Origin: a virus
Lineage: Duplodnaviria; Caudoviricetes
Length of the DNA stretch: 64,000 nucleotides
IMG/VR virus record: IMGVR_UViG_2857398645_000001
Direction: 5' to 3' (one strand)
The notes beneath the pieces were generated by a model. It was not told where the DNA came from, ran no database searches, and worked only from the letters and a program-made list of their open reading frames with translations. Shown here piece by piece: positions 18,436 to 28,385 of the stretch. How positions within the stretch are numbered: position 1 is the first letter of the stretch; each line of letters starts with the position of its first letter. A program made the translations under genes and the position numbers.

Positions 18436-20400
18436 TTACTCCTCGTCCGGCTCCATGACGCCGGTGATACTCAGTTGGCACTTGCACTTCGCGGCTTCTT
18501 TGGCGGGCAGCACCGAATCCCCAGGCCACCGGGCGCCGTTGCTGAATTTCGCGTCGATCGGCACGGTCTGCCCGTTGAGGCGTGAGTGGGTAGCTCGCGG
18601 GTTCCTGGTGGTGGTGCGCCATGTCTTGCGCGCTGAGGACCCGAACACCTTGCGGGCTTCGTTCACGCGCGTGTACCCGGCGACGTGCATGGTCTGCCGA
18701 GCCGCCAACTCCGCCGCACGCGAGGTAGACCAGGCAGCGAACAGCGCCTTCAGCGCCTTCGGCGGGTCGTCGCCCTCCAACGCTGCCTCGACCTGGCGCC
18801 GCGACGTCTCCGTGCTCGCTTCGGCCTGGCCTTGGGCGTTTTCCATCAGCCACTCGACCGCGTCCGACGAGTCGAAGTCGGAACTGTCGGGGTCGGTCCC
18901 CATCTCTTCCAGGGCCGCACTCGCTGAGGCCGACGCGGTGGACACGTTGATCCCTGACAGCACCAGCGCGAGTTCGTCCTGCCACCGGCCCCAGTTCACA
19001 GCATCGGCCGCGTCCTTCGTCAGTGGCCGGCTGGCCTTGGCGGCCCCCAGCAGGCTCGACAGGGACCGGGCCTGGCGGCCGAAAAACGCCGACAGCTCCC
19101 GTTCGGCGCGGGTCACCGCCCGCTCAGGCGCACCCGCCTTCACGTGGATGGTGCGCGTCTTGCTGCGGTCGTCATCCCGCACGGAGGGGTCCGGCGCCGA
19201 ATCCCTCGGGGACGCCTGCCCGCCCTTGGCCACGTTCAACGGGGTCACGAGCTCGTCCCCGCCGTCGAGCGCAGGCAGGTTGTTGCGGGCACGGACCTCG
19301 TTCACCGTCATCCACGGGGCTCCCGCGCTGGTGGACGCTGCCGCGGCCTGCTCCTCGAACGACCCGCGCAGCTTCTCCTGAATGTTGAACTCCAGGTACA
19401 AGTCGCCGAACTCATCAGCCAGCTGCGCCTCAAACGCCTCATCGATCTGGGTGAGCAACGGCCCCAACGTGTCCTGGTACAAGTGCTCATGCTGCGCCCG
19501 AATGTTCGAGAACGTGGCGTGGTCCAGAATCCCGACCAGCGGCGGCGGGACGAAATACGCGGCCGCGACCTCTTCACGCGTGAGCTTGCGGGCCTCGATG
19601 TACTGCGCGGCACGCGGGTCCAACCCGGCCGGCACATACGTCATGCCGTCCTCTAGGACCGGCACCCCGCCAGCCCCGGGACCATCACCGGTGTACAAGT
19701 CGGCGAACTCGCGTTTGAAGCGTTCGCGGGCCTCATCCGACCAGTCGCGCCCGCCTTTCGGCACCGGCCGTTGGATGAACCCGGAGGTGCGGGCGCCGTT
19801 ACGCCACATCTGCTGGCGGTGCCGGTTGGCCTCGTGCTCCTCGATGAGCACGCTCCGCAGAGACTCCAACGGCGAGGTGCCGCCCCACAAAGAGTCTGTG
19901 GCGTACCCGTGCAGGTGGATCACATCCCCCGCGGGGACCTCCGACCCGCCCGCGATGCGGTAAGCGTGCGGGGCGATCCACGACCCCCCTTCCGGGGCGA
20001 CCCACGCGGCGGGAACCGGGATCAAGCCGACCACGGAACCGCTGCCATCCCGGACCTTCACGACGAACGCTGCGTCGTAGATGCACAGGTCTGCCACTAC
20101 ACGGAACATCAACCCGAAACGGGTCAGCTTCGTCTGCGGCAGCGGGCGGGCCAGCAGCTTCGCCAGAGGGTGGTCGGTGACGCGTTCCCGGTCGGTGTCT
20201 GAGACCCGCCGGTACACGTGCAGCCCGAGCTGGGCGATGTTGCGCGCAAGAAACGCGACGACGGTGCGCACCTGGGGCTGTCGGCGGTAGATCTCCCCGT
20301 ACTCCACCCACTCGGCGCCGAGCTGCATGGAGCTCGGCAACTGGTAGCCGCCGGGGCCGCGCACCAGATCCAGCTTCCCACCAGACACGATCATGCTCAC
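18436..20400 (-). CDS. HK97-family portal protein fused to a MuF-like head morphogenesis domain
   Basis: VAFLARNIAQL, EEVAAAYFVPP, MTVNEVRAR portal motifs; C-terminal KTW..RATH..FSNGARWPGD..CKC. Confidence 0.92.
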   Translation of the reverse strand: MSMIVSGGKLDLVRGPGGYQLPSSMQLGAEWVEYGEIYRRQPQVRTVVAFLARNIAQLGLHVYRRVSDTDRERVTDHPLAKLLARPLPQTKLTRFGLMFRVVADLCIYDAAFVVKVRDGSGSVVGLIPVPAAWVAPEGGSWIAPHAYRIAGGSEVPAGDVIHLHGYATDSLWGGTSPLESLRSVLIEEHEANRHRQQMWRNGARTSGFIQRPVPKGGRDWSDEARERFKREFADLYTGDGPGAGGVPVLEDGMTYVPAGLDPRAAQYIEARKLTREEVAAAYFVPPPLVGILDHATFSNIRAQHEHLYQDTLGPLLTQIDEAFEAQLADEFGDLYLEFNIQEKLRGSFEEQAAAASTSAGAPWMTVNEVRARNNLPALDGGDELVTPLNVAKGGQASPRDSAPDPSVRDDDRSKTRTIHVKAGAPERAVTRAERELSAFFGRQARSLSSLLGAAKASRPLTKDAADAVNWGRWQDELALVLSGINVSTASASASAALEEMGTDPDSSDFDSSDAVEWLMENAQGQAEASTETSRRQVEAALEGDDPPKALKALFAAWSTSRAAELAARQTMHVAGYTRVNEARKVFGSSARKTWRTTTRNPRATHSRLNGQTVPIDAKFSNGARWPGDSVLPAKEAAKCKCQLSITGVMEPDEE

Positions 20401-20615
20401 GACGGGTCCACCACCTGCCAAAACCTGATGCGGGACCGCTCTAGGACGATCGCCCCGTCGCACGGGGTGGGGGTGGCGCCGGGCTCCAACCGTTCGGCCT
20501 GGCGGAGCTCCACCAGCGGCCCGGCCTTGCGGTACAGCACCCCGCGGAACCCGGTGTCGTCGTCGAGGGTGATGACGACGCTGCGGCGGGACAGCAAGCG
20601 GAGCCACGCGAACAA
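20397..20615 (-). CDS. Small conserved protein between terminase and portal
   Basis: FRGVLY..DGAIVLERSRIRFWQV; GTGA-coupled to portal. Confidence 0.65.
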   Translation of the reverse strand: MFAWLRLLSRRSVVITLDDDTGFRGVLYRKAGPLVELRQAERLEPGATPTPCDGAIVLERSRIRFWQVVDPS

Positions 20616-20668
20616 TGCGGGCCACCCCCCTATCTGTGGGTCGGCCCGCGCACGGGGGCGGGGCAGGG

Positions 20669-23401
20669 TCAAGCGACTGTGAGGCCGCGGTCCTCGTAGG
20701 CCGAGCTGGGAGCGGCGTCCTCGCCCCGCAGCGTCCAAGCGGCCGCGGCCATCGCGGCCGTGGGTACCGCATCGATCCGCTTCGCGGACTTGTCCCGCTC
20801 GGGCTTGTCCGGCCGGATCAGGTCCGGGTTGTACGGGGCGCGCCGCACCTCCACCGAGTCGAAGCAGAACGACGCGACGGGGTTTCCGTGGTGCTGGAAC
20901 CGGCCGGTCTTCACCAGCGCCATGATCTCGGTGAGACCAGGAGTCATCCGGTCGTAGGTGTTCTTGTACGCGGCCACTTCGCCGACCTCCGGGTCGAGCC
21001 CGACAGCGTCAGCGACCTTGTTGATGACCGGCCACATCGACCACTCATCGGCATCCAGACCACGAAACGCGAAGTGATCGCCGTCGTCAGCGATGTCGGC
21101 CAGGATGCGGTCGTAGTCCTGGATGTTGCCCTCGGTGACCGTCAACCAGCCCTCTTGTGCCCACCGAGTGAACGCCCCGTCGTTCTCGTCGTCCAGGCGC
21201 GGCAGCGCGTCCTCAGGAAGCCAGAACCGCCACACCACGTCAACCGGCCCGCCGGGCTCCTCCGGAGGCAGGAGCACACACCACGCGGTGAGGTCGAACT
21301 TCGCCGACAGGTCCAGCCCGCCCCACGCCTCGCGGCCGACCAGATCCTCACGCGCTTGGTGCGGGTGGCTCCACACGTCCCCCCTGCACGCGTCGTATGA
21401 GTGCATCGGCATCCACCGTGTCGCCTGCCGCACCCACTGGTTCAGCCGGAACTGGCGAAACGCGTTCTCCTTCTCCGGGGCGTTGCGCGCGTCATTGGCA
21501 GCCTGCCGGAACTTCTCCACCGACAAGAAGTCCCCCAGGGCGGGGTTGGCGATCTTCCAGGTCTCCTCATCCCACGGGTCCGCGTCATCCGGGGTGTTAC
21601 GCAGGTAGACGAACGTGTGCGGCGACCGCTCCGGCCGGTCCGAGATACGCTGCATCTCGTTGTGCATGTTCGCCGCGAAACTCGCCGGGTCGTTGCCCGC
21701 AGTCGTCGCGGCGATCATCAAAGGTTGCTTGCGCGCCCCGGACCCCATGCCGGTCTCCATCGCATCCCACAGGTCCCGCTTGCGCCACGCCAGAATCTCG
21801 TCGGCGGCGACACCGTGGGGGTTGTACCCCAGGGCACCGGCGGCGTCAGCGGCGATCACCTGGTAGAACGACGCGGTTTTCGGGTCGACGATCCGCTTGT
21901 TGGTCTCCTTGATTCGCAGACGCCTCGACAGCACCGGCGACAGCTGCACCATGCGGGACGCCACGTTGAACACCAGGGACGCCTGATCCCGGTCGCGGGC
22001 GCACCCATAGAGCTCAGCCTCCTCCTCGTTGTCGGCGACCAGCAGGTACAGCATGATCGCGGCGAGGAGTTCAGAGTTGTGCGTCGGCGTTAATGACCGG
22101 CCGGCGAGGAACACACTTGAAGGGTGCTCGATGGCGATGCAAACTGCTTCGGCCGGTTCCACCTGGTCCACTGCGGTGATGGCATTGGTGGAGGAGCGCG
22201 TAGGCCGGTGGGGGCGCGTAGCCAACAAGCGGGCCTTGCGGGTCAGGTGGAACGGGGCCTCATCGGCGTAGGCCGTCCATGCCACCCGCCAGCGCGGCCC
22301 GCAGTCACGTCCGTTCAAGCGCGCCCGGCTCTCCTTGATCGTGGCCTTCCACCCCAACGATCGGGCGAGCACCAGCACCGCGTCGGCAAGCCGGTACTGC
22401 GTCGAGACGAACTCGACCCGGGGGGTGTTCGGGCCGGTGTTGACCGATCCGTCGGTGTCCATCAGTCCCCGCAGCAACTCCAGGCGCTGGGAGCGTGAAG
22501 CGGTCAGGTAGGCGTCAGGCACGTGCTTGTTGCCCAACAGTCCGAGTGCGCGCAGCCGCGCGTTCAGTGTCGCCCCGCCGTTGCCCCGGCCCAGGCGGCG
22601 TCCGTCCGACAGTGTCCACGCATACGGGCCGCCCGCTTCGCGTTTCACGGGCTGCCCCAGGGCGCGGATCCGCTCGATGATCTCCGCATCGGCGCACGTC
22701 AACGCCGCCCGGTGGGTATTGCCGTCGCCCAACCAGCACCCCAGCAGGTACGGCTCGATGGGCAGCGGTGTCTCGGGGCGTTGCAGCGCCTGGGGGACGT
22801 CCACGCTGTAACGGCGGTCGCCCCGCCGACCGTAGGTGAAGGTTTCGGCGAGCTCACGCGTGGCCACTACGCGCTGAACATTCAGCCTGCGGTCGTTGAC
22901 CCACCACTTGTGCTCATCGCTCGCAACGAGCTCCGCACCGTCAGCGAACCGGACCTTGTAGGTCGGCCTGGTGTGCCGTTCGCTGACCCACAGCACCCTC
23001 GTCAACTCACCGTCAGCGGCATGCACCTCATCGCCCGGCCGCAGTTGCCCCATCGTCGTCCAACCCGCCCGGGTGAGGATCGGGGTGTCCACCGCCAGGG
23101 CCTTGCCGTTCTTCCTGGCGATCTCGATCCAGGCCGCGTTGTACCGGCGGACATAGGCCCCGTGCTCGCTGGACCAGGTGACCGTCCCCATGAGGGGGCG
23201 GATGATGTCGTCGCTCTGCCAGCCGGTGAGGAGGAACGGCTTGCGCGCGTAGGTGCCCTTGGTGTGGACGAGGACTTCCTCCACGAACCCCGTCGCGTGG
23301 TCGGCGCGCGGGACACAGAAGTGGCTGGTGGTCTCTCGGCACGTGGTCCCGTCGTGGGTCCACCCACACACCTGGTTAGGAGAGGAACCGCTCGGCGCCA
23401 C
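20669..23401 (-). CDS. terL: Terminase large subunit, intein-containing
   Basis: Split Walker A RKNGK/S, Walker B VAADE, TTAG, GGLDLS, KRIDA motifs. Confidence 0.96.
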   Translation of the reverse strand: MAPSGSSPNQVCGWTHDGTTCRETTSHFCVPRADHATGFVEEVLVHTKGTYARKPFLLTGWQSDDIIRPLMGTVTWSSEHGAYVRRYNAAWIEIARKNGKALAVDTPILTRAGWTTMGQLRPGDEVHAADGELTRVLWVSERHTRPTYKVRFADGAELVASDEHKWWVNDRRLNVQRVVATRELAETFTYGRRGDRRYSVDVPQALQRPETPLPIEPYLLGCWLGDGNTHRAALTCADAEIIERIRALGQPVKREAGGPYAWTLSDGRRLGRGNGGATLNARLRALGLLGNKHVPDAYLTASRSQRLELLRGLMDTDGSVNTGPNTPRVEFVSTQYRLADAVLVLARSLGWKATIKESRARLNGRDCGPRWRVAWTAYADEAPFHLTRKARLLATRPHRPTRSSTNAITAVDQVEPAEAVCIAIEHPSSVFLAGRSLTPTHNSELLAAIMLYLLVADNEEEAELYGCARDRDQASLVFNVASRMVQLSPVLSRRLRIKETNKRIVDPKTASFYQVIAADAAGALGYNPHGVAADEILAWRKRDLWDAMETGMGSGARKQPLMIAATTAGNDPASFAANMHNEMQRISDRPERSPHTFVYLRNTPDDADPWDEETWKIANPALGDFLSVEKFRQAANDARNAPEKENAFRQFRLNQWVRQATRWMPMHSYDACRGDVWSHPHQAREDLVGREAWGGLDLSAKFDLTAWCVLLPPEEPGGPVDVVWRFWLPEDALPRLDDENDGAFTRWAQEGWLTVTEGNIQDYDRILADIADDGDHFAFRGLDADEWSMWPVINKVADAVGLDPEVGEVAAYKNTYDRMTPGLTEIMALVKTGRFQHHGNPVASFCFDSVEVRRAPYNPDLIRPDKPERDKSAKRIDAVPTAAMAAAAWTLRGEDAAPSSAYEDRGLTVA
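22076..23101 (-). mobile_element. Class 3 intein with LAGLIDADG homing endonuclease (342 aa)
   Basis: Begins ALAVDTPILT, ends PTHN/S; WCT triplet (EHKW, AVC, THN); LLGCWLGDG and LLRGLMDTDG. Confidence 0.92.
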
Positions 23402-23837
23402 CGGGTTTCCCCTCCTCCTCGATGCTCAGTCCGCCCCGGTCGGACGGGTTGAGACCGAACCGGCCCCCCAAGCGGGTCATCACGTCGGTGGTGTCCCGCC
23501 AGATCTGGAACCACGGGTTCTTGACCTCCGAGCCCCGGTAGCCCTCGATGACCTCGCCCATCGCGTCCAGCTGGGCCGCGGCGCGCGCGTGGCGGGCGAC
23601 GGCATCGCAGTAGGAAGCGAAGGTGTCAGCGTCCCACGGGGTGAGGACGCGTGCGGCCACCAGCCCGGGGGCCAGGCGCTCCCACACCGCACGGGCGCCC
23701 GGGGATAGGTAGCCGGGGGGCGCGACATCTGTCTGTTCGGGGGTGGGTTCGCGGGTGTTGATGCGGCTGGTACGGTCGCCGTCGATGACGGCCAAGCCCC
23801 GGGGTTTGCGGGGGCGTCCGCCCTTCTCGTTGGGCAC
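23376..23837 (-). CDS. terS: Terminase small subunit, P27 family
   Basis: PPGYLSPGARAVW, YC, KNPW, FGLNPSDR motifs. Confidence 0.92.
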   Translation of the reverse strand: MPNEKGGRPRKPRGLAVIDGDRTSRINTREPTPEQTDVAPPGYLSPGARAVWERLAPGLVAARVLTPWDADTFASYCDAVARHARAAAQLDAMGEVIEGYRGSEVKNPWFQIWRDTTDVMTRLGGRFGLNPSDRGGLSIEEEGKPGGAERFLS

Positions 23838-23869
23838 AGAGCACCCCCTCCGGGGGATTGTGCAGAAGT

Positions 23870-23965
23870 CGGGAGTTTCGGTTTTTTGACAGCGACGTCA
23901 CCCGCGCGCCCGCCCAGACCCAGCCCTTCAGCGATTGCGACCCCCCTACCCCCTCCCCCACGGGG
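23870..23965 (-). other. Probable cos/packaging region
   Basis: GGGGGTAGGGGGGTC tract just upstream of terS, as is usual for HNH/P27 cos phages; exact cut site not determinable. Confidence 0.45.
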
Positions 23966-24666
23966 GTGCCAGGGAGATCCGGGGGAGGACTCCGGGTGCG
24001 GCGGGAGTGGTGGTGCTGGTCCGCGTTGGGTGGGCGGGGGTGGTGTGGTGCGGTCCCCGGGGGTGCCGCTGCTCGTTGCCGGGTGCCCGGTGGTGGTTCG
24101 GCCGGTCCGCTGGGTGTGGTGTCGCGGGTGCGTGTGGTGCGGTGCCGGTGGAGGGTTCTGCACGGTTCGGTTCGCGGTTCGTTGTTCGCGGCGTTGTTCG
24201 TCGTCGCGGTTGTCGCGGTTCAGTTCCGGGGCGACGTGGTTTGTGGTTCGCCGTGTGGCGAGTGCGAGGCGGAGCCGGCCGCGGAGTGTGGCGCGTTCCC
24301 ATTGGGTGGTGGGGTTGAGCTCGTTGTGGTGCGACGTGTCCGAGTTCGTTGTGTGGTTGCCGCGGATCTGGTTGATGATCCACCAGCGGCGGCATGTGCC
24401 GCATCGCCACAGGGTTCCGGGGTCGCCGTCGGGTTCGTGGATCGTGATGATGTGGCGGGTCCATGGCCCGAAGAGCTTTGTGGCGGGGCGGGTGGTGGTC
24501 CGGGTCGGGGGTGTGCACACGTGGCGGCGGGGCATGGAACGCTCCTGGTCGGCGTGGGCGGGGGTGGCGGTGTTCGGGGGTGCCGTCCCCCTCATGGGGT
24601 GCGGGGGTTACCAGGGGGCTCCCCGGTGCCCCCCCCCGGGGGGTCACTGGCTGCGTGGCGCGGTTC

Positions 24667-25086
24667 TCAGTGCTCGCCACTCGCCGCTTCAACGTCGTTG
24701 GCGCGCAGCCACCACGGGAGACTCCGCTCTCGCCTGCCGTTGACGCCAGTTCCCGTGGTGAACCAGTCCCACACGTAGGCGGAGCGCATCGGGGTTGCGC
24801 ACCCGGTTACGCGGAGGGGGCGGTCCCGGTCGACGTTCGTTGGCAGGAGGAGGGCGTTGGGTGTGGTGTTCAGGGCCGTGGCCAGGGCAGCGAGCTCGTC
24901 GACCGTTACCTTGCGTTGGGCCTTTTCGATCTTGGTGATCGCGGTTGCCTGGAGTGGTACGCCGAGGCGGGTGAGTTCGTCGGCCAGGGCTTCGGTGGTC
25001 TTCCCCTGGTTGGCGCGGTGTTCGCGGACAGCGCGGGCGGCATGGGCTCCGGTGGGCCCGATGGGTGTGTGGATGCGGGTGGTCAC
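24667..25086 (-). CDS. XRE-family HTH protein
   Basis: AITKIEKAQRKVTVDELAALATALNTTP; GTGA-coupled to HNH gene. Confidence 0.8.
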   Translation of the reverse strand: MTTRIHTPIGPTGAHAARAVREHRANQGKTTEALADELTRLGVPLQATAITKIEKAQRKVTVDELAALATALNTTPNALLLPTNVDRDRPLRVTGCATPMRSAYVWDWFTTGTGVNGRRERSLPWWLRANDVEAASGEH

Positions 25087-25466
25087 CAGGGGGCTCCCTT
25101 CCACCAGCCGCCGGGTTGATGTCGGGCGCTTTCGGAGCTATGACAGCTATGACATAGGCCCCGCCCGTACTCGGGGTCGTTGGGGTTGAGGCCCATCTGG
25201 GTGAGGGTTTTGCGGTCCAGGGGGTAGTGGTCGGCTTCGGTGGCGGGGGCGCGTCGGCAGACCACGCAGATGCGGTCGCGGGTGAGGACGCCTTGCCGGA
25301 AGCGTTGGCGGTGGGCGCGTCCGTAGCCCTGGCGGTGGGAGTTGCCGCGGCGTTGGCGGAGGTCACGGTTGGCGCGGGTGCGGCACTGGGTGCAGGTGGG
25401 TTTACCGGGGCGGGACATGTTGCGGCAGCCGGGGGTTTTACAGGGCTGTTGGGGGCGGGAGGGCAA
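25083..25466 (-). CDS. Packaging-associated HNH endonuclease
   Basis: RQGYGRAH, CVVC, ADHYP, GRGLCHSCHS motifs. Confidence 0.9.
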   Translation of the reverse strand: MPSRPQQPCKTPGCRNMSRPGKPTCTQCRTRANRDLRQRRGNSHRQGYGRAHRQRFRQGVLTRDRICVVCRRAPATEADHYPLDRKTLTQMGLNPNDPEYGRGLCHSCHSSESARHQPGGWWKGAPW

Positions 25467-25516
25467 CGGGGACGTCCCCCTCAACAGCTTCTCGGGTATC
25501 AGCGGCGCTGGGACTG

Positions 25517-26119
25517 ATGACGCAGTACATTTACGCCATGTTCTTCATGAGCGGATGGTTCTCCTGGTGGGACACTGCGGCATACGGACCCAACATCGCG
25601 GGCGGATTAGCGGGTGGGTTGGTGGGAGGTTTGATCGCGTTGGCGATCGCCTTGCTCGTGTCAAAACGAGAGGTTAAACAGTACGAAAATCAGCGAATCG
25701 CCACCCGGATAGATGCGCTACGGCGTAGTATCGTGGACGAATTCGCTATCGCATGTGACAGGCTCCTAAACTCCTCACCAGCCGAGTGTGAGTCTGCTTT
25801 CTACCGAGCCAACCATGCAGCCACCGAGGTTCTTCTTGCTCTCAGGGAGATTAGACCCGAGACGCAGAATTTTCAATGGTTCGATCAAGAGTGGAAATCG
25901 GTCCACGAAATCTATGAACGTCAGCTGATCCTCGCAAGGGTTGTTGCGAAAGATGCGCGCACTCCCGTTGTTGTGGAGCCTTTGAAGTCTGACGAGCTGG
26001 ACAGGGCAACAGGATCCTTGACCCGTTTGACGAATGCCTGCCACCGGTGGGCGCTTCAGCCAGTCGAGCGGTGGAGCCCACCCAGAGACCCCAAGGCAGA
26101 CGAAATCGAGCGTTCGTGA
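25517..26119 (+). CDS. Membrane-anchored hypothetical protein (low-GC moron)
   Basis: N-terminal hydrophobic helix and helical body; opposite strand. Confidence 0.6.
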   Translation: MTQYIYAMFFMSGWFSWWDTAAYGPNIAGGLAGGLVGGLIALAIALLVSKREVKQYENQRIATRIDALRRSIVDEFAIACDRLLNSSPAECESAFYRANHAATEVLLALREIRPETQNFQWFDQEWKSVHEIYERQLILARVVAKDARTPVVVEPLKSDELDRATGSLTRLTNACHRWALQPVERWSPPRDPKADEIERS

Positions 26120-26175
26120 TGCGCTGTCATTTTCTAGCAGTTGCCAAGCAAAGCACTCGAAAGACTCCACCTAGG

Positions 26176-26769
26176 TTACGTGGGTAGAGTAGGGTCCACC
26201 CACGCCTGTTGGGCTCGGTTGAACCAAGCCTCAGCACCAGCCAGAGTCTCATCGACGCTGTTTCCTGCGAGATAGCTTCTGTATTCCGCCTCGCCAGCTT
26301 TGTGTTTCTTTTCCGCCACAGGGAGTTCACAAAGCGGCCGCCACTTGATGGCGCAGGCATATGCTTCACCGAACTCCCCCTGGCCGAATCCCCGGCCTTC
26401 CACACCGAACCGGAAGGTCATGTCTTGCGCAATAAGCGCCCGCTGGTGACCACACCTATTACGGGCGTAAACAACTCCCACAATCGCTTCCCCCCGCTCC
26501 CCAAAATTTTTCCGAAGAGTCCGATATTGATTTATTCTGTCACTCCCATGGCATTTTGAAAGCTCGTCATCGAGGCTAACCACCCACCAAAGCACCTCAA
26601 CCAAGGAAATGAGGACTCTTCTCAATTCTTCATTCAATCCTTGATCTGAGCCAGAGGCCTGAGAAGAATACCAGAGATTCCGCTCTTTGTACCGCTCGTG
26701 GGCTTCATCAAATCCCCGCCTAGCCAGACCAAGTCGATTCGCGGGGGTATCATCTAAATTCCAAAGCAT
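26176..26769 (-). CDS. Helical protein with HEPN-like RxxxxH motif (low-GC moron)
   Basis: YARNRCGH; RBS GAGGTAGGGG. Confidence 0.6.
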   Translation of the reverse strand: MLWNLDDTPANRLGLARRGFDEAHERYKERNLWYSSQASGSDQGLNEELRRVLISLVEVLWWVVSLDDELSKCHGSDRINQYRTLRKNFGERGEAIVGVVYARNRCGHQRALIAQDMTFRFGVEGRGFGQGEFGEAYACAIKWRPLCELPVAEKKHKAGEAEYRSYLAGNSVDETLAGAEAWFNRAQQAWVDPTLPT

Positions 26770-26945
26770 TCCCCTACCTCTGACCCTAACGCTGTTTCCT
26801 GGATGCTGCCCCGGGGACGATCAGGGTATCGCGCGCTCCGCGAAAGCTCAGGCGTCCGCGCCGCGGCAGACACTGAGGGGTTCCCCGCCCTGGGGCCGCG
26901 GCACCCCGGAGAAGAACCGGGCGGCGCCTCACAAGGCGGGGAAGA

Positions 26946-27212
26946 TCATCCAGAGAAACGCGCCACCGCCAACACCGTGCCCTCGGCACCCCGCCACTGC
27001 TGGGCAGGGATCAGCCCCAAAGCGCGGGCGTCACCCAACGGCAGCTCCCGCACGATGTCAGGGGTGTGCCCGAGCTCGCGTGTCAGCCGAAGAAGGACGT
27101 CATCGCGCGGCGTTGTGTCACCAGGATCGAGCAGGATCGTGGCAATGTTGGGGGGCAATTCGTGCTCCGGTTCGCGGTTGGCGGGTGTGGTGTGCCCCGG
27201 CCGGCTCGACAC
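26946..27212 (-). CDS. Hypothetical protein
   Basis: ORF on the phage coding strand with plausible composition. Confidence 0.4.
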   Translation of the reverse strand: MSSRPGHTTPANREPEHELPPNIATILLDPGDTTPRDDVLLRLTRELGHTPDIVRELPLGDARALGLIPAQQWRGAEGTVLAVARFSG

Positions 27213-27321
27213 CGCCCAACCCCCGTGGGGCGGCGGAGCCGTGGCCGAGGCACGTGGTGGCCGGCAGGGATCGCAGGCGGTGTCCTGTGCGTGGGTTTTC
27301 CTGGTGCCTGCCGGGCACGGT

Positions 27322-28242
27322 CTATCGGGCGGGGTCGGGCCACGCTTCGAGGTCGGCGAGCGCGGCGGCGGCCTGCTGGGGGACGACCCCGTTGCCCAGA
27401 GCGTGGCGTTGGGCGGAGTAGGACAGGCCGGGCACCCCCGTCACCCACCCCTCGGGGAGTCCCATGAACCACTCCAGCCACCGCATGGACAACCGCGGCG
27501 TCCGGGGGCCTTGTTCGGCCGGGTAGGGGGCGGGGCGGCCTACGACCTGTTCCCACCGCCGGATCGGGGTGTGGAAGCGTCCCCATAGGTCGGGGTCGTG
27601 TACCCCCTCGCCGCTGAGGCTTCCAGCAGGGACCGGATCTGGTGTGTCACCCACACCTGGCTTCCCTTCGCTCTCATCTCCTGCTCGGGGCGGCCCCACC
27701 CGCTCTCCGAGGCGCAGGGCGTCGACAGCAACGACAAAGACGCGGGGGCGCTGGTGGGGCGCGCCAGCGTCGGAGGCGCGCAGAACCCGCCATCGTGGTA
27801 GAAACCCATGCTCGGCCAGACCGTGAACGACGCGTCGCATCGCTTCTCCCTGGTTGGCGGTGAACAGTCCGCGCACGTTTTCGAACACGAGCCGTCGCGG
27901 GCGTTGGGGCAGTTGCTGGATTCCGTTGAGGATGAAGTCAAAGATCCACCGTTCGTCGTCGATCCCGCCCCGGCGGCCGGATAGCGAAACCGGCTGGCAG
28001 GGGAACCCGGCGGTGATGATGTCGACCGGGGGCGTGTTGGCCCAGTCGATGCTGTGTAGGTCGCCGAGGTTCGGGGCGGGGTAGTTGTGCGCGAGGATGG
28101 CCGCGGGTCCGGGTGCGGGGTCGGCGACCCACGCCGTCCGTGCTCCGTAGACCTGTTCGGCGGCCATGTCGAGGCCGCCGTAGCCAGTGCACAAACTGCC
28201 GATGAGCGGTGGTTGAGCTGGTTGGTTCAAGCGGTTCCCCAC
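27322..28242 (-). CDS. DNA cytosine-C5 methyltransferase
   Basis: LCTGYGG, GFPCQ, ENV, HQRPRVF, LGNGV motifs. Confidence 0.93.
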   Translation of the reverse strand: MGNRLNQPAQPPLIGSLCTGYGGLDMAAEQVYGARTAWVADPAPGPAAILAHNYPAPNLGDLHSIDWANTPPVDIITAGFPCQPVSLSGRRGGIDDERWIFDFILNGIQQLPQRPRRLVFENVRGLFTANQGEAMRRVVHGLAEHGFLPRWRVLRASDAGAPHQRPRVFVVAVDALRLGERVGPPRAGDESEGKPGVGDTPDPVPAGSLSGEGVHDPDLWGRFHTPIRRWEQVVGRPAPYPAEQGPRTPRLSMRWLEWFMGLPEGWVTGVPGLSYSAQRHALGNGVVPQQAAAALADLEAWPDPAR

Positions 28243-28385
28243 TGGTCTCGCGTGGTTTCTCGGGTGCGGGAGGGTGTGGGGAGGAGTTGGTCCTGACCGC
28301 CGATCCCCCCCAGGCGGCGGTCAGGGGTTTTCCGGAAGTGCGCCGGTCCTGGGCGCGAGGGGGTGCGCTCGGTGGGCCGTTTCCG

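Noticed and set aside
23480-24595. 371-aa ORF overlapping terS
   Set aside because: Low-complexity Pro/Arg/Thr run-on through the cos region; only the part from about 24535 might be a real small gene
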